Assembly (NCBI GenBank): GCA_040768745.1
Contig: JAXGMI010000001.1
Coordinates: forward strand, 832,001 to 896,000
Source of the DNA: Desulfomicrobium sp.
GTDB lineage: Bacteria > Desulfobacterota > Desulfovibrionia > Desulfovibrionales > Desulfomicrobiaceae
Reading direction: 5' to 3'
Length of the DNA: 64,000 bases
Made by a program: the position numbers and the translations under genes. The notes beneath the pieces were generated by a model. It was not told the DNA's origin, searched no databases, and saw nothing but the letters and a program-made list of their open reading frames with translations. Within the stretch, counting starts at the first letter, position 1; every line of letters begins with the position of its first letter. Shown here in pieces: positions 42,998 to 52,823 of this stretch.

Positions 42998-44739
42998 GTG
43001 GTCACTCCGCGCAGCACCCGCTCCATGCCGTCGTCGAAAAGGGAGCGTACCCCCTTACGCCGGACCAGGGCCCGCAGGTCCCCCAGGTCGACGTTCTTGC
43101 GCACGGCGTCCTTGACTTCTGTATCATAGGGCAGGATCTCGAATATCCCCGTTCTCCCGAAGAAACCGGTCTGCCGGCACTGTTCGCACCCGCGCCCCTT
43201 CCACAATTTCTGATCGGGCTTGATGTAGGATTCCAGGCCCAGAGCCCTGATCTGGTTGTAATCGGGAACAAACTGCACCTTGCAGTTGGGGCAGATGTTC
43301 CGCACCAGACGCTGGGCGATGCATCCGATGACCGAGGCATTGATCAGGTAGGCGTCCAGACCGAGGTCCAGCAGCCTGGTCAAGGCCGAGCTGGCGTCGT
43401 TGGTGTGCAGGGTGGAAAAGACGATATGTCCGGTCAGGGCCGACTGCACGGCCTGCTCGGCCGTTTCCAGGTCACGCATCTCTCCGATCATGATGATGTC
43501 CGGATCCTGACGCAGGATATGGCGCAGCATCTGCCCGAAGGTCACCCCGATCTTGGTCTGGATTCCGATCTGGTTGAAGTCGTCCACGACCATTTCGATG
43601 GGATCCTCCAGGGTCACCACATTGACCTGGGGGTTGGCCAGCACCTTCAGGGTCGAATAGAGTGACGTCGATTTCCCGCTGCCCGTGGGGCCGGTGACCA
43701 GGATGAGCCCATAGGTGCAGCGTAGGAATTTTGCATAGGTCTCATACTGCTCCGGGAGCATGCCCAGTTCCTGCAGGTTCTTGAGGGTCGTGTCACTGGA
43801 GAGCAGCCGCAGAACCATTTTCTCCCCAAAAGCCACAGGGATGGTCGATACGCGCACATCAGTGGGCACCCCGCCCAGGACCAGCTGCACACGGCCGTCC
43901 TGAGGTCGCCGTCGTTCGGAGATATCCAGCCGGCTCATGCCCTTGAGGCGGTTGATCATGGCCAGGTGCACGGTCATGGGCAGCCTGTGCAGGTCATGCA
44001 GAATGCCGTCAATGCGGAACCGAACCAGGGAATGGTCCCTCTTGGGTTCCATGTGGATGTCGCTGGCCCGCTCCCGCAATGCGGACCGCAGGAGATAGTC
44101 CACGGCCTTGGTGATGTGCTTGTGCGAGGACGGATCAGATTTTTCCGCGACCTTGACCCGCGCCTCCAGGTTGCCGATTTCATTCCCGGACATGAATTCG
44201 ACTTCCGCAGCCTGGATGGCAGTCCGAAACTGGTAGAAATCATCGATGAGACGCTCTATGTCCTGTCGCGTGCACAGAAAGACCTTGTATGGCAGTGTGC
44301 TGACCCGCTCCATGTCCTGCCACAGCTCAGGGCGAAACGGGTTGAATGCGGCCAGTTCCAGCACGCCATCGCGGATCATGATCGGGACCAGGGTGTTCTT
44401 GCGGGCAAAACTCTCGGATATTGTCTTGGTGGTCACCTCGAGGTCCAGATCAAAGGGATCCACACGACGGAATTCGAGCCCTTCCTGCCTGGCCACAGCT
44501 TTGAGGATCACCTCCTCGGTCAGGCGTGCATCGGGTTGATGTGGATCCTTGGATGTCTTGCGGATGTTGAACCGGATCAGGCTGTCGATCCCGTCCGCAG
44601 CGTGCAGTCCGATGTCATTTTTCTGGGCATGCTCCATGATCACCTTGGCCTGCTCTGCGGTGATCTCCCCCTCGCGGACCAGGATCCCAAGCAGATATTC
44701 CAGGGAGTAGACAATGCGGCGATGGGCAAATTCATTCAT
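42955..44739 (-). CDS. GspE/PilB family secretion or pilus assembly ATPase
   Basis: [51 protein letters not shown] Zn site. Confidence 0.93.
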   Translation of the reverse strand: MNEFAHRRIVYSLEYLLGILVREGEITAEQAKVIMEHAQKNDIGLHAADGIDSLIRFNIRKTSKDPHQPDARLTEEVILKAVARQEGLEFRRVDPFDLDLEVTTKTISESFARKNTLVPIMIRDGVLELAAFNPFRPELWQDMERVSTLPYKVFLCTRQDIERLIDDFYQFRTAIQAAEVEFMSGNEIGNLEARVKVAEKSDPSSHKHITKAVDYLLRSALRERASDIHMEPKRDHSLVRFRIDGILHDLHRLPMTVHLAMINRLKGMSRLDISERRRPQDGRVQLVLGGVPTDVRVSTIPVAFGEKMVLRLLSSDTTLKNLQELGMLPEQYETYAKFLRCTYGLILVTGPTGSGKSTSLYSTLKVLANPQVNVVTLEDPIEMVVDDFNQIGIQTKIGVTFGQMLRHILRQDPDIIMIGEMRDLETAEQAVQSALTGHIVFSTLHTNDASSALTRLLDLGLDAYLINASVIGCIAQRLVRNICPNCKVQFVPDYNQIRALGLESYIKPDQKLWKGRGCEQCRQTGFFGRTGIFEILPYDTEVKDAVRKNVDLGDLRALVRRKGVRSLFDDGMERVLRGVTTYEEVVRVAGGSMD

Positions 44740-45211
44740 GAGTTCTTTCCTTGTGATGCAGGGCCAGAATCCGCTCTATGATTCCTGTCGTGGAGTACCC
44801 TTCCAGAAGGGGAATGGAAAGCACACGCCCTCCCCTGGCCTCGACCAGGTCCCTGCCCACGATGCATTCCACGGGCCAGTCCCCGCCTTTGACCAGTACC
44901 GCGGGCCTGATTTTCGTGACGAGTTCGTACGGGGTGTCCTCCTCGAAAATGACCACAAAATCCACACAGGCCAGGCCAGCCAGGACCAGGGCCCGGCTCT
45001 TCTGGTCGTTGACGGGCCGCGTGGGACCTTTGAGCCTGCGCACCGAGGCATCGCTGTTCAGCCCCACCACCAGCAGGGATCCCAAGGCCCGGGCCCGCTG
45101 GAGATAGTCCACATGCCCAGCATGGAGGATGTCGAAGCAGCCGTTGGTAAAAACCATTTCCCGGCCCGGGGGGACCATGTGCACCAGACTGTCGGGAGTC
45201 ACAATTTTCAT
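44732..45211 (-). CDS. rfaE2: D-glycero-beta-D-manno-heptose 1-phosphate adenylyltransferase (RfaE domain II)
   Basis: [35 protein letters not shown]; true start 45211. Confidence 0.95.
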   Translation of the reverse strand: MKIVTPDSLVHMVPPGREMVFTNGCFDILHAGHVDYLQRARALGSLLVVGLNSDASVRRLKGPTRPVNDQKSRALVLAGLACVDFVVIFEEDTPYELVTKIRPAVLVKGGDWPVECIVGRDLVEARGGRVLSIPLLEGYSTTGIIERILALHHKERTHE

Positions 45212-45292
45212 TTCCGAATCCGCCTTCCGGCCTTGTTTGACGAGAATCGATGGGTACCGTACAAACCTTGAAAAATTCACGCAGGGTGTCTG

Positions 45293-46024
45293 ATGTTCAA
45301 AAACTGGATCCTGTCCAAACACGAATCCTTTGTGCGCGACGTGCTGCGCGATTTCTGCCAGATCGCCTTTGCCCTGGAAAACCATTTCCTGGAATTCGAC
45401 GCCACCTCCACAGTGCGCTTCCATTTTTTTGACGACATCCTGGGCAGGCAGAACAGCAAGGGCCTGCTCTGGAGGCTCAAGGACACGTCCCACCTCCTTT
45501 TCCGCAACGGAAAAACGGAAGGTTTCGACGTACTGGGAGAGTATCTGGACTGGGCCCTCGGCTACATCTTCCATGAGTGCATCAAACTCAAGGAGGACGC
45601 CTACCAGCAAATGAACTACACGCCCCGTTTCCGCCAGTTGCAGGAAAATCGAAGCCTCAGTCCCGAGGAACAGCACATTGGCTCCGAACTCTACTCCGTC
45701 ATCCGGCAGACCACCGAAAGCATAGAGCGGGAAGTTCGCCGCGTGCGTTTTATCCTTTTCCACTGCAAACGCATGTTCATCCTATATCTTCCCCAGCACA
45801 GTGAAAACCCCTTGCTGGCCCGTTTCCTGTACACCCAGAGCGACCTGGTGCGGGCCGTGTTCAAGGGCTACCACGCGGAATTGCTGCAGGCCACATATCC
45901 CGAAGGGATCGCCGCGATGTACGTCCTGGCGGCCCAGTCCTTTGAACAGGGCGGGTGGGCAGAAGAAGCGGCCACGGCCCGCGGCCTGGCCCTGACGGCC
46001 GGTGAGAATCCAAAAAACACTTGA
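45293..46024 (+). CDS. Hypothetical alpha-helical protein
   Basis: 243-aa ORF with typical codon use ([20 protein letters not shown]); no family recognised. Confidence 0.75.
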   Translation: MFKNWILSKHESFVRDVLRDFCQIAFALENHFLEFDATSTVRFHFFDDILGRQNSKGLLWRLKDTSHLLFRNGKTEGFDVLGEYLDWALGYIFHECIKLKEDAYQQMNYTPRFRQLQENRSLSPEEQHIGSELYSVIRQTTESIEREVRRVRFILFHCKRMFILYLPQHSENPLLARFLYTQSDLVRAVFKGYHAELLQATYPEGIAAMYVLAAQSFEQGGWAEEAATARGLALTAGENPKNT

Positions 46025-46109
46025 ATTCAGGCCTGAAGGTGGTATTTTTTTTGTAGTTGTTAACGAGTTCATTTCATTTCCCAACCCCAACGCTACAAGG
46101 AATCCTCCC

Positions 46110-46631
46110 ATGCGTTATCTGAAGCTCCTGCTTTGTGCCATGTTACTGTCTTCATGGGGATGCGCGAACCTGACGGGCTCTTCAAGTTCCTCTGAACCGT
46201 CTGCCCCGCCCATGCAATCCAGTTTCTTCTATGATTTTAACGATATTCGCGTTCCGGAAGAAATGGAAATCCAGACCAACAAATCTTCTGTCACCCCTGT
46301 GGAAGGTGGCAAGTCCGGCGTGATGAAGTTCAAGGGCAGGGTCGAGCCCATCTCGCTCTTCGACTTCTTCTCCAACACCATGCCCAAGGATGGATGGACC
46401 CTTTTGACCTACCAGAAATATCAACGCTATCTCCTTGTTTTTTCTAAGGATACACGCGTCTGCGTGATTACCATCGAAGAGGATCCCATTTACTACACGT
46501 GGCTCGAGGTCTGGGTTTCCCCCCGCGTCACCTCCAGCTATGCCCCGGCCTACTCAACCGGCGCCCAGCCCCTGAACTCGTATCCTGCTTCCGGGGCATC
46601 CCCGGGCTCCGAGAGGACCCTGACCCAGTGA
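46110..46631 (+). CDS. Putative lipoprotein
   Basis: Basic N-terminus, hydrophobic stretch, GC lipobox-like Cys, Ser-rich linker; AAGGA SD. Confidence 0.75.
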   Translation: MRYLKLLLCAMLLSSWGCANLTGSSSSSEPSAPPMQSSFFYDFNDIRVPEEMEIQTNKSSVTPVEGGKSGVMKFKGRVEPISLFDFFSNTMPKDGWTLLTYQKYQRYLLVFSKDTRVCVITIEEDPIYYTWLEVWVSPRVTSSYAPAYSTGAQPLNSYPASGASPGSERTLTQ

Positions 46632-47839
46632 TTCCTGAACATTATTTTTTCGATACGTTTCACGGAAAACGCATTCATCTCGGCATCACCGGCTCCATCG
46701 CAGCCTACAAGGCCCTGGATCTGACCAGGGCCTTTCTGCGTTTGCACATCCAGGTCGGAGCGACCCTGACCGCAGCGGCCCGAAACTTTGTCACGGACCT
46801 CTCGTTTGCGGCCTTAGGGGCCCACCCCCTGCACAAGGACATGTTTACTGCCGGGATGGATTATGACCACCTCGAGCCTGCCGTTGCCGACACCTTTGTG
46901 GTTGCCCCGATCACGGCCAACATGCTGGCCAAGATGACCCACGGCATTGCCGACGATTTGCTCAGCTGCCAACTCCTGGCCTACCCCGGTCCGATCCTTG
47001 TTGCGCCAGCCATGAACCCGCGCATGTGGAGCGCAGCGGCTACGCGCCAGAATTGCGCAATTCTGGCAGAACGGGGCGTGCGCATCATTCCCCCCGGAAC
47101 TGGGCCCGTCGCCTGCGGAGACAGCGGAACCGGCCGACTGGCCCCCGTGGACGAGGTCTTCATCCAGACCCTGGCCGCCCTCGCCCCACAGGATCTTGCC
47201 GGCCAGAAAATCATGATCACCCTCGGCCCGACGCGGGAATTCTTCGACCGCGCCAGATTCTGGTCCAACCCTTCCACCGGGACCATGGGCGCATGTCTGG
47301 CTGTCTGCGCCGCCCTCCGCGGCGCAGCAGTCACTGCCATCTGCGGTCCCACCGACATTGCCCTACCGGCCATGGTCCATCGCATTCCCGTGACCTCGGC
47401 CAGAGAGATGTATGAAGCGAGCAATGACATTTTCCCGACCCAGGACATCGGCTGCTTCACTGCCGCCGTGGCGGACTTTCGCCCCCCGGCCTGCTCTGCG
47501 GGAAAGTACAAGAAGGATGGGCAGCCCCTCTCTCTGACCTTCGAGCCCAACCCTGATATCCTGCTGACCTTGAGCGCGGCAAAGAAAGCCCATCAACGCA
47601 CTGTCGGATTTGCCGCCGAGGCCGAAAATCTCGCTGAGAACGCGGCCAGGAAATTGGCCAGAAAAAATCTGGACCTTATTGTCGCCAATCCCATAGATCA
47701 AAGCGATGCCGGGTTTGCCACGGCCACCAATCGCGTCTATGTCCTGGACCGGTTTGGCCGGCATGAATCCTGGCCCACGTTGCCAAAGCCTGAAATTGCA
47801 TGGAGAATCTGGGATTGGATCTTGATGAATACACCCTGA
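46628..47839 (+). CDS. coaBC: Bifunctional phosphopantothenoylcysteine decarboxylase/ligase
   Basis: GITGSIAAYKA, APAMNPRM, ACGDSGTGRL, GPTRE, AAVADF, VGFAAE; GTG 46628 overlaps the upstream stop. Confidence 0.96.
   Translation: MIPEHYFFDTFHGKRIHLGITGSIAAYKALDLTRAFLRLHIQVGATLTAAARNFVTDLSFAALGAHPLHKDMFTAGMDYDHLEPAVADTFVVAPITANMLAKMTHGIADDLLSCQLLAYPGPILVAPAMNPRMWSAAATRQNCAILAERGVRIIPPGTGPVACGDSGTGRLAPVDEVFIQTLAALAPQDLAGQKIMITLGPTREFFDRARFWSNPSTGTMGACLAVCAALRGAAVTAICGPTDIALPAMVHRIPVTSAREMYEASNDIFPTQDIGCFTAAVADFRPPACSAGKYKKDGQPLSLTFEPNPDILLTLSAAKKAHQRTVGFAAEAENLAENAARKLARKNLDLIVANPIDQSDAGFATATNRVYVLDRFGRHESWPTLPKPEIAWRIWDWILMNTP
46656..46671. promoter_or_regulatory. Degenerate parS-like site
   Basis: CGTTTCACGGAAAACG; two core mismatches to TGTTTCACGTGAAACA. 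Confidence 0.4.
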
Positions 47840-48411
47840 CCGAATCCGAGCGCGTTCTGAAACGCCAGGGCGTCACACACCTCTGGTGTCCTGTTGCGCT
47901 GGACGCCCCCCCAGTGTCTGGTGAGACAGCGGGCCCCGTTGCGGGGATTTCTGCCGATCGGATTCAGACTCACGGTGACGCCCCGCCTTTGTCCCTCCCT
48001 CCTCTTTTCACGGCATTGTTTCACGGGAAACATCCCCCTGTGCGGACATTGTGGACCTACCCGGGGCTGGCCCAGGACCTGGCCAGATCCCCCGAGCCCC
48101 TGCGACTGACCATCTTCCGGAAAATCCAGGACGCAGCCTGCCTCCACCTCAAATGGAGTCAGGACGATATCTGTGTCTGGCCCCTGGACTACACGGAGAA
48201 TGTATCCCGCGCAGGCCTGGACTTTTTCCGGCCGCAGATCGTCCTGTGCTTTGGCCCCCCCCCGAGTCCCGGGGCGTGGGACAATGCAAAAAGCGGCGCC
48301 TTGTGCGGGGCGGATGTCCTGGTGCTGCCCAGTCTGGATGACATGGCCGCGAACGACCGGAGTGCCAAGAATCACGCATGGAAGGTCCTGCAATCACTCA
48401 CTGAATCCTGA
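47800..48411 (+). CDS. Hypothetical protein
   Basis: Fills the gap between coaBC and the epimerase in the same orientation; start uncertain. Confidence 0.65.
   Translation: MENLGLDLDEYTLTESERVLKRQGVTHLWCPVALDAPPVSGETAGPVAGISADRIQTHGDAPPLSLPPLFTALFHGKHPPVRTLWTYPGLAQDLARSPEPLRLTIFRKIQDAACLHLKWSQDDICVWPLDYTENVSRAGLDFFRPQIVLCFGPPPSPGAWDNAKSGALCGADVLVLPSLDDMAANDRSAKNHAWKVLQSLTES
48017..48032. promoter_or_regulatory. parS centromere-like site
   Basis: TGTTTCACGGGAAACA, one mismatch to the consensus TGTTTCACGTGAAACA. Confidence 0.8.
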
Positions 48412-48535
48412 CCCATTGTTGACCACTCTGCCCCGACTAGATCTCGATCCCTGGTTGTGCGCAGGCGCGTCCCCTCTGCGCTGAAAATTCCGTATTGCCC
48501 GCATTCACGGCTTCAGATAGGGAAACCCCATATCA

Positions 48536-48551
48536 TGTTTCACATGGAGCA
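48536..48551. promoter_or_regulatory. Degenerate parS-like site overlapping the epimerase SD
   Basis: TGTTTCACATGGAGCA; two mismatches to TGTTTCACGTGGAACA. Confidence 0.45.
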
Positions 48552-48555
48552 AAAA

Positions 48556-49563
48556 ATGCGCATTCTCATCACTGGCGCCGCAGGGTTCATCGGCTTCCAC
48601 CTCGCCCAGCGCTGCCTTTCCGCAGGGCTGACCGTTTTTGGGCTGGACAATCTCAATGACTACTACTCCGTCCAGCTCAAAAAAGACCGGCTGGCCCAAC
48701 TCCAGGACGAAAAGAATTTTTCCTTCGCCCCCATTGATCTGGCAAACAAGGAGGATCTGGAATCCTGCTTCGCCAAAAACCGGTTCACCCATGTCGTCAA
48801 TCTGGCGGCCCAGGCCGGAGTCCGCTATTCACTCATCAATCCGCAATCCTATGTCAGCTCGAACATCGTTGGCTTCGCCAACCTGCTGGAATGCTGCCGC
48901 CACCATCACACCCAGCATCTGGTCTATGCATCCTCCAGCTCTGTGTATGGCCTGAACACGAGCATGCCCTTTTCGGTCCACCACAATGTGGACCATCCGG
49001 TCAGTCTCTATGCGGCAAGCAAGAAGTCCAACGAACTGATGGCGCACACGTACAGCTACCTGTACAAACTCCCCACCACGGGCCTTCGCTTCTTTACGGT
49101 TTACGGTCCCTGGGGAAGACCGGACATGGCTCTTTACCTATTCACCAAGGCCATTTGCGAAGGGAAACCCATCAACATTTTCAATCACGGCAAGATGCGC
49201 CGGGATTTCACCTACATCGATGACATCGTCGAGGGCGTATTCCGTGTCATGCAGCGCATTCCGGAGCCGAACCCGCATTGGAACGGCGCTACCCCTGACC
49301 CAGGCTCTTCACCTGCCCCGTACAAACTCTACAATATCGGCAACAACAATACTGTGGAGCTCGAACGTTTCATCAGCGTCCTGGAAGAGGCCCTGGGCCG
49401 AAAGGCGTTGCGCAACTACATGGACATGCAGCCCGGCGATGTCCCGGCCACGTATGCGAATGTGGACGACTTGATCAGGGATGTCGGATTCAAACCCTCC
49501 ACGGGTATCGAGGTGGGCATCGGCAGATTCATCCGTTGGTATTCGGAATATTACGGCCAATAG
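48556..49563 (+). CDS. NAD-dependent UDP-glucuronate 4-epimerase family protein
   Basis: TGAAGFIG, LAAQAGVRYS, YAASKK, RFFTVYGPWGRPDMA, QPGDV. Confidence 0.93.
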   Translation: MRILITGAAGFIGFHLAQRCLSAGLTVFGLDNLNDYYSVQLKKDRLAQLQDEKNFSFAPIDLANKEDLESCFAKNRFTHVVNLAAQAGVRYSLINPQSYVSSNIVGFANLLECCRHHHTQHLVYASSSSVYGLNTSMPFSVHHNVDHPVSLYAASKKSNELMAHTYSYLYKLPTTGLRFFTVYGPWGRPDMALYLFTKAICEGKPINIFNHGKMRRDFTYIDDIVEGVFRVMQRIPEPNPHWNGATPDPGSSPAPYKLYNIGNNNTVELERFISVLEEALGRKALRNYMDMQPGDVPATYANVDDLIRDVGFKPSTGIEVGIGRFIRWYSEYYGQ

Positions 49564-49577
49564 TTTCCCGTGAAACA
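49562..49577. promoter_or_regulatory. parS site immediately upstream of parA
   Basis: AGTTTCCCGTGAAACA (reverse complement TGTTTCACGGGAAACT), same variant as 48017. Confidence 0.8.
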
Positions 49578-49599
49578 GCGAACCCGAAGCGAGGGATCC

Positions 49600-50388
49600 T
49601 TGACGCGCACCATTGTTCTCGCAAACCAGAAAGGGGGAGTGGGCAAGACCACGACGACTGTCAACCTCGCCGCATCCCTGGCGGCCATGGAACGGCGGGT
49701 CCTGGTCATCGACTGCGACCCGCAGGCCAACGCCTCGAGCGGGCTGGGGGTTGATGTGGCCGCAGTCAGATCATCCATCTACCAAGCACTCTTCAGCCCG
49801 GAAGACAGCCCTGCGGCGATCATCGACACAAGTCTGGACTATCTGAAAATTCTGCCTTCCACGCCAGACCTGGTGGGAGCGGAGATCGAGCTGAACGAGA
49901 TCCGCAACAGGGAATTCGCCTTGCAGGCCGTCGTTGAGCAGGTCGGCGCACATTTCGACTATGTGCTCATCGACTGCCCCCCCTCCCTGGGTCTCATCAC
50001 CATAAACGCCCTGTGCGCCGCACGCTGGCTGCTTGTCCCCCTGCAGTGCGAATACTACGCCATGGAAGGCATCGCCCAACTGATGAAGACGTACGCCCTG
50101 GTCAGGGAGCGTCTGAACCCGAAGCTGGACATCCTGGGCATCCTCCTGACCATGTTCGACAAGCGGAACAAGCTCTCCTTCATGGTCGAAAGGGAAGTTC
50201 GGGATCACTTCGGAAAGTTGGTTTTCCGGACATCAATACCGCGGAATGTGCGCCTCTCCGAAGCGCCGAGTCACGGACTGCCGGCAATCCTCTACGACGT
50301 CAGGTCCCTGGGCACCCAATCCTATATCTCCCTGGCGCAGGAACTCATTGAGGACCCGCGACTTCACTCGCAGGCACAGGGGCGCTGA
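49600..50388 (+). CDS. parA: Chromosome partitioning ATPase ParA/Soj
   Basis: NQKGGVGKTTT, DPQANAS, DCPPSLG, PLQCEYYA, IPRNVRLSEAPSHG; TTG start. Confidence 0.97.
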   Translation: MTRTIVLANQKGGVGKTTTTVNLAASLAAMERRVLVIDCDPQANASSGLGVDVAAVRSSIYQALFSPEDSPAAIIDTSLDYLKILPSTPDLVGAEIELNEIRNREFALQAVVEQVGAHFDYVLIDCPPSLGLITINALCAARWLLVPLQCEYYAMEGIAQLMKTYALVRERLNPKLDILGILLTMFDKRNKLSFMVEREVRDHFGKLVFRTSIPRNVRLSEAPSHGLPAILYDVRSLGTQSYISLAQELIEDPRLHSQAQGR

Positions 50389-50774
50389 GGGGTGCAGGTC
50401 ACTGTGACCTTGTCCTTGAAATGGCGCTTGGTGATGCGGGATTGGCAGGCAACACAATGAAACGAAAGCAACCCACCCATGTTCGCCGCGGCCAGGATGA
50501 ACTTGCGCGGCTCGTCCGCTTCCCAGTCGCAGGTGGAGGCCCCGCAGGTCTCGCACGTGACATCCGTCGGCAAATCGTACCGGAAGTCCCAGTATTTTTT
50601 GAGCATTTCGAGATCGGCCAGAGGCTCTGGCACTGCCCGCTCCGAAGGGAAAAGTTTTTCCAGCACACCCAGGACATGACCGCAGACGTGCCGCCACATC
50701 TCCTCCTCCAGAAAAACGCCCTGGGGCCGTCCCTGGGCGTCGACAACATACCGAATGGCAGTCTCTTTGTGCAT
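50364..50774 (-). CDS. Hypothetical protein with two CxxC pairs (Zn-ribbon-like)
   Basis: AGGAG SD and ATG 50774; CETC...CVAC; sits inverted in the parA-parB gap. Confidence 0.75.
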   Translation of the reverse strand: MHKETAIRYVVDAQGRPQGVFLEEEMWRHVCGHVLGVLEKLFPSERAVPEPLADLEMLKKYWDFRYDLPTDVTCETCGASTCDWEADEPRKFILAAANMGGLLSFHCVACQSRITKRHFKDKVTVTCTPQRPCACE

Positions 50775-50867
50775 ACATGCTCCTGATGCGGGCGCTTGGT
50801 CCGCGCGTACCCAGATTATGAGGCCCGGCGGAAGAAGAACCGCCGGGCAAAACACCACGAGAAACCC

Positions 50868-51752
50868 ATGACCATGAAAAAAAGAGGACTCGGACGGGGC
50901 CTAGATGTACTCATCAAGAGCCGCGTTGTCGAACCCGAACAGCAGGCGGAAATAGTCAGTCTGGACATGGACGCCCTGACGCCCAACCTGAACCAGCCCC
51001 GTCACCACTTTGACCAGGAAGCCCTGGACGAACTGGCCGCTTCCATCAAATCCCAGGGGTTGATCCAACCCATCCTGGTCCGCCCCCTGGACGAACCAGG
51101 TAAATACGAAATCGTGGCCGGGGAACGACGCTGGCGGGCGTGCCAACGTGCAGGCCTGCACAGTATCGAATGCATTGTGCGCCCCATGGACGAACATGAG
51201 AGCATGGCCATCGCCCTCATCGAGAATCTGCAGCGCGAGGACCTGAATCCCATGGAGGAGGCCCGGGCCCTGGGACGGATCAAGGAACATTTCGAGATCA
51301 CCCAGGACGCCCTGGCGGACAAGATCGGAAAAAGCCGGCCGGCCGTGGCCAACAGCCTGCGCCTGCTCAGACTTCCGGACAAAGTGCAGGGACTGCTCGA
51401 ATCCGGAGCCATCTCGGCCGGTCACGCCCGGGCGCTCCTCAGCCTCGAGGACGCTGAGGACATGGAAAAACTGAGCAGGACCGTCGTCTCCAAGGGGTTG
51501 AACGTCAGGGCCACGGAAGATCTGATCAGAAAATTCAAAAAGGCCGACCTCACCCCTCGTAAATTGCCGCGCACAGGCCAGACCCCTCCCCAGGACATTT
51601 CATCCCTGATGACAAGTCTTGGCCGGCAGTTCACCATCAGGCATTCCGGCACCCCGGACAAGGGGAAAATCGTGCTCTCCTACGCCTCCCCACAGGAGCG
51701 GGAAGCCATCACCACCCTGCTGGAGCGCATGGCCAAGGAGCAGCAGTCATGA
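50868..51752 (+). CDS. parB: Chromosome partitioning protein ParB
   Basis: RGLGRGL, QPR, GLIQPILVR, VAGERRWRA, ENLQREDL, HTH GKSRPAVANSLRLL. Confidence 0.97.
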   Translation: MTMKKRGLGRGLDVLIKSRVVEPEQQAEIVSLDMDALTPNLNQPRHHFDQEALDELAASIKSQGLIQPILVRPLDEPGKYEIVAGERRWRACQRAGLHSIECIVRPMDEHESMAIALIENLQREDLNPMEEARALGRIKEHFEITQDALADKIGKSRPAVANSLRLLRLPDKVQGLLESGAISAGHARALLSLEDAEDMEKLSRTVVSKGLNVRATEDLIRKFKKADLTPRKLPRTGQTPPQDISSLMTSLGRQFTIRHSGTPDKGKIVLSYASPQEREAITTLLERMAKEQQS

Positions 51753-52747
51753 ACCTCGCCTTCAGCGCCTCCCGCATGATCGGATCGCGGGTATTGATCA
51801 TCGGGGACATCATGCTCGATCAGTACCAGAAGGGGGTGGTGGAACGCATCTCCCCGGAAGCGCCCGTGCCCATCGTCAAAGTCACGGAGCAGATTTTCAG
51901 GATCGGCGGGGCTGGGAACGTTGCCCAGAACGTCGCCATGCTCGGGGGGAAACCGACCCTGATCGGCATCTGCGGCAACGACCTGTACGGGGAAAATCTG
52001 GAGACAATCTGCTCCGAACTCGGGGTGGATGCCCGCCTTCTGCGTTCCGATGCGCGGGAAACGACCCTGAAGACCAGGATCATGGCCGCACACCAGCAGA
52101 TGCTGCGGGTGGACAGAGAGTCCAACAAACCCCTTGCCGAAGCCGAGTATGCACGCCTGCTGGAAAAGGTCGACGCGCAGGTGGACAACTTCGAGGTCAT
52201 CATCCTCTCCGATTACGGAAAAGGCGTCATCTCGGAACAGTTCCTGGCGTGGTTCAGCCAACGCAGAAAAAAAGGGCAGAAGGTCGTCCTCGATCCCAAA
52301 ACGTGCAATTTCCCCTTCTACTCCGACCTCTACTGCATGACGCCCAACACCAAAGAGGCCGCGGAAGGGATGAAGATTCCCATCGCGGGCCGGGACGACA
52401 TCATCGAGGCAGGAAAACGCATCATTGCCGGTCACAAACTGGAAACCCTGGTCATCACCCTCGGTGCCGAAGGCATGGCCGTGTTCCTGCCCGGACACGG
52501 GATCTTCCATCTGCCCACCATGGCCAGAAAGGTTTTTGACGTGACGGGAGCGGGTGACACGGTCATCGCAGTCGTCTCCCTGGGGCTCAGCTCGGGCCTC
52601 GACCTGCTCACATCGAGCATTCTGGCCAACTGCGCGGCGGGGATCGTAGTCGGGCACGTCGGAGCCGTGGGCATCACGCAGGAAGAACTGACAGGGGTCC
52701 TCGGCTCGTGGACCACTGTCCATCATGAAAAATGGGCCGACCTCTGA
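51749..52747 (+). CDS. rfaE1: D-glycero-beta-D-manno-heptose-7-phosphate kinase (RfaE domain I)
   Basis: GDIMLDQY, RISPEAPVP, SDYGKG, TPN, DVTGAGDTV. Confidence 0.95.
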   Translation: MNLAFSASRMIGSRVLIIGDIMLDQYQKGVVERISPEAPVPIVKVTEQIFRIGGAGNVAQNVAMLGGKPTLIGICGNDLYGENLETICSELGVDARLLRSDARETTLKTRIMAAHQQMLRVDRESNKPLAEAEYARLLEKVDAQVDNFEVIILSDYGKGVISEQFLAWFSQRRKKGQKVVLDPKTCNFPFYSDLYCMTPNTKEAAEGMKIPIAGRDDIIEAGKRIIAGHKLETLVITLGAEGMAVFLPGHGIFHLPTMARKVFDVTGAGDTVIAVVSLGLSSGLDLLTSSILANCAAGIVVGHVGAVGITQEELTGVLGSWTTVHHEKWADL

Positions 52748-52823
52748 GCCGGCCACCCGTCACAGGACTGCCTGCAGCCACCCTCCGGTCGTCGGCTGTG
52801 CAGGGCGCATGCGGTTCAGATCG

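Noticed and set aside
44732..52747. Split rfaE1/rfaE2 as a novelty
   Set aside because: Separate kinase and adenylyltransferase genes are common in many bacteria.
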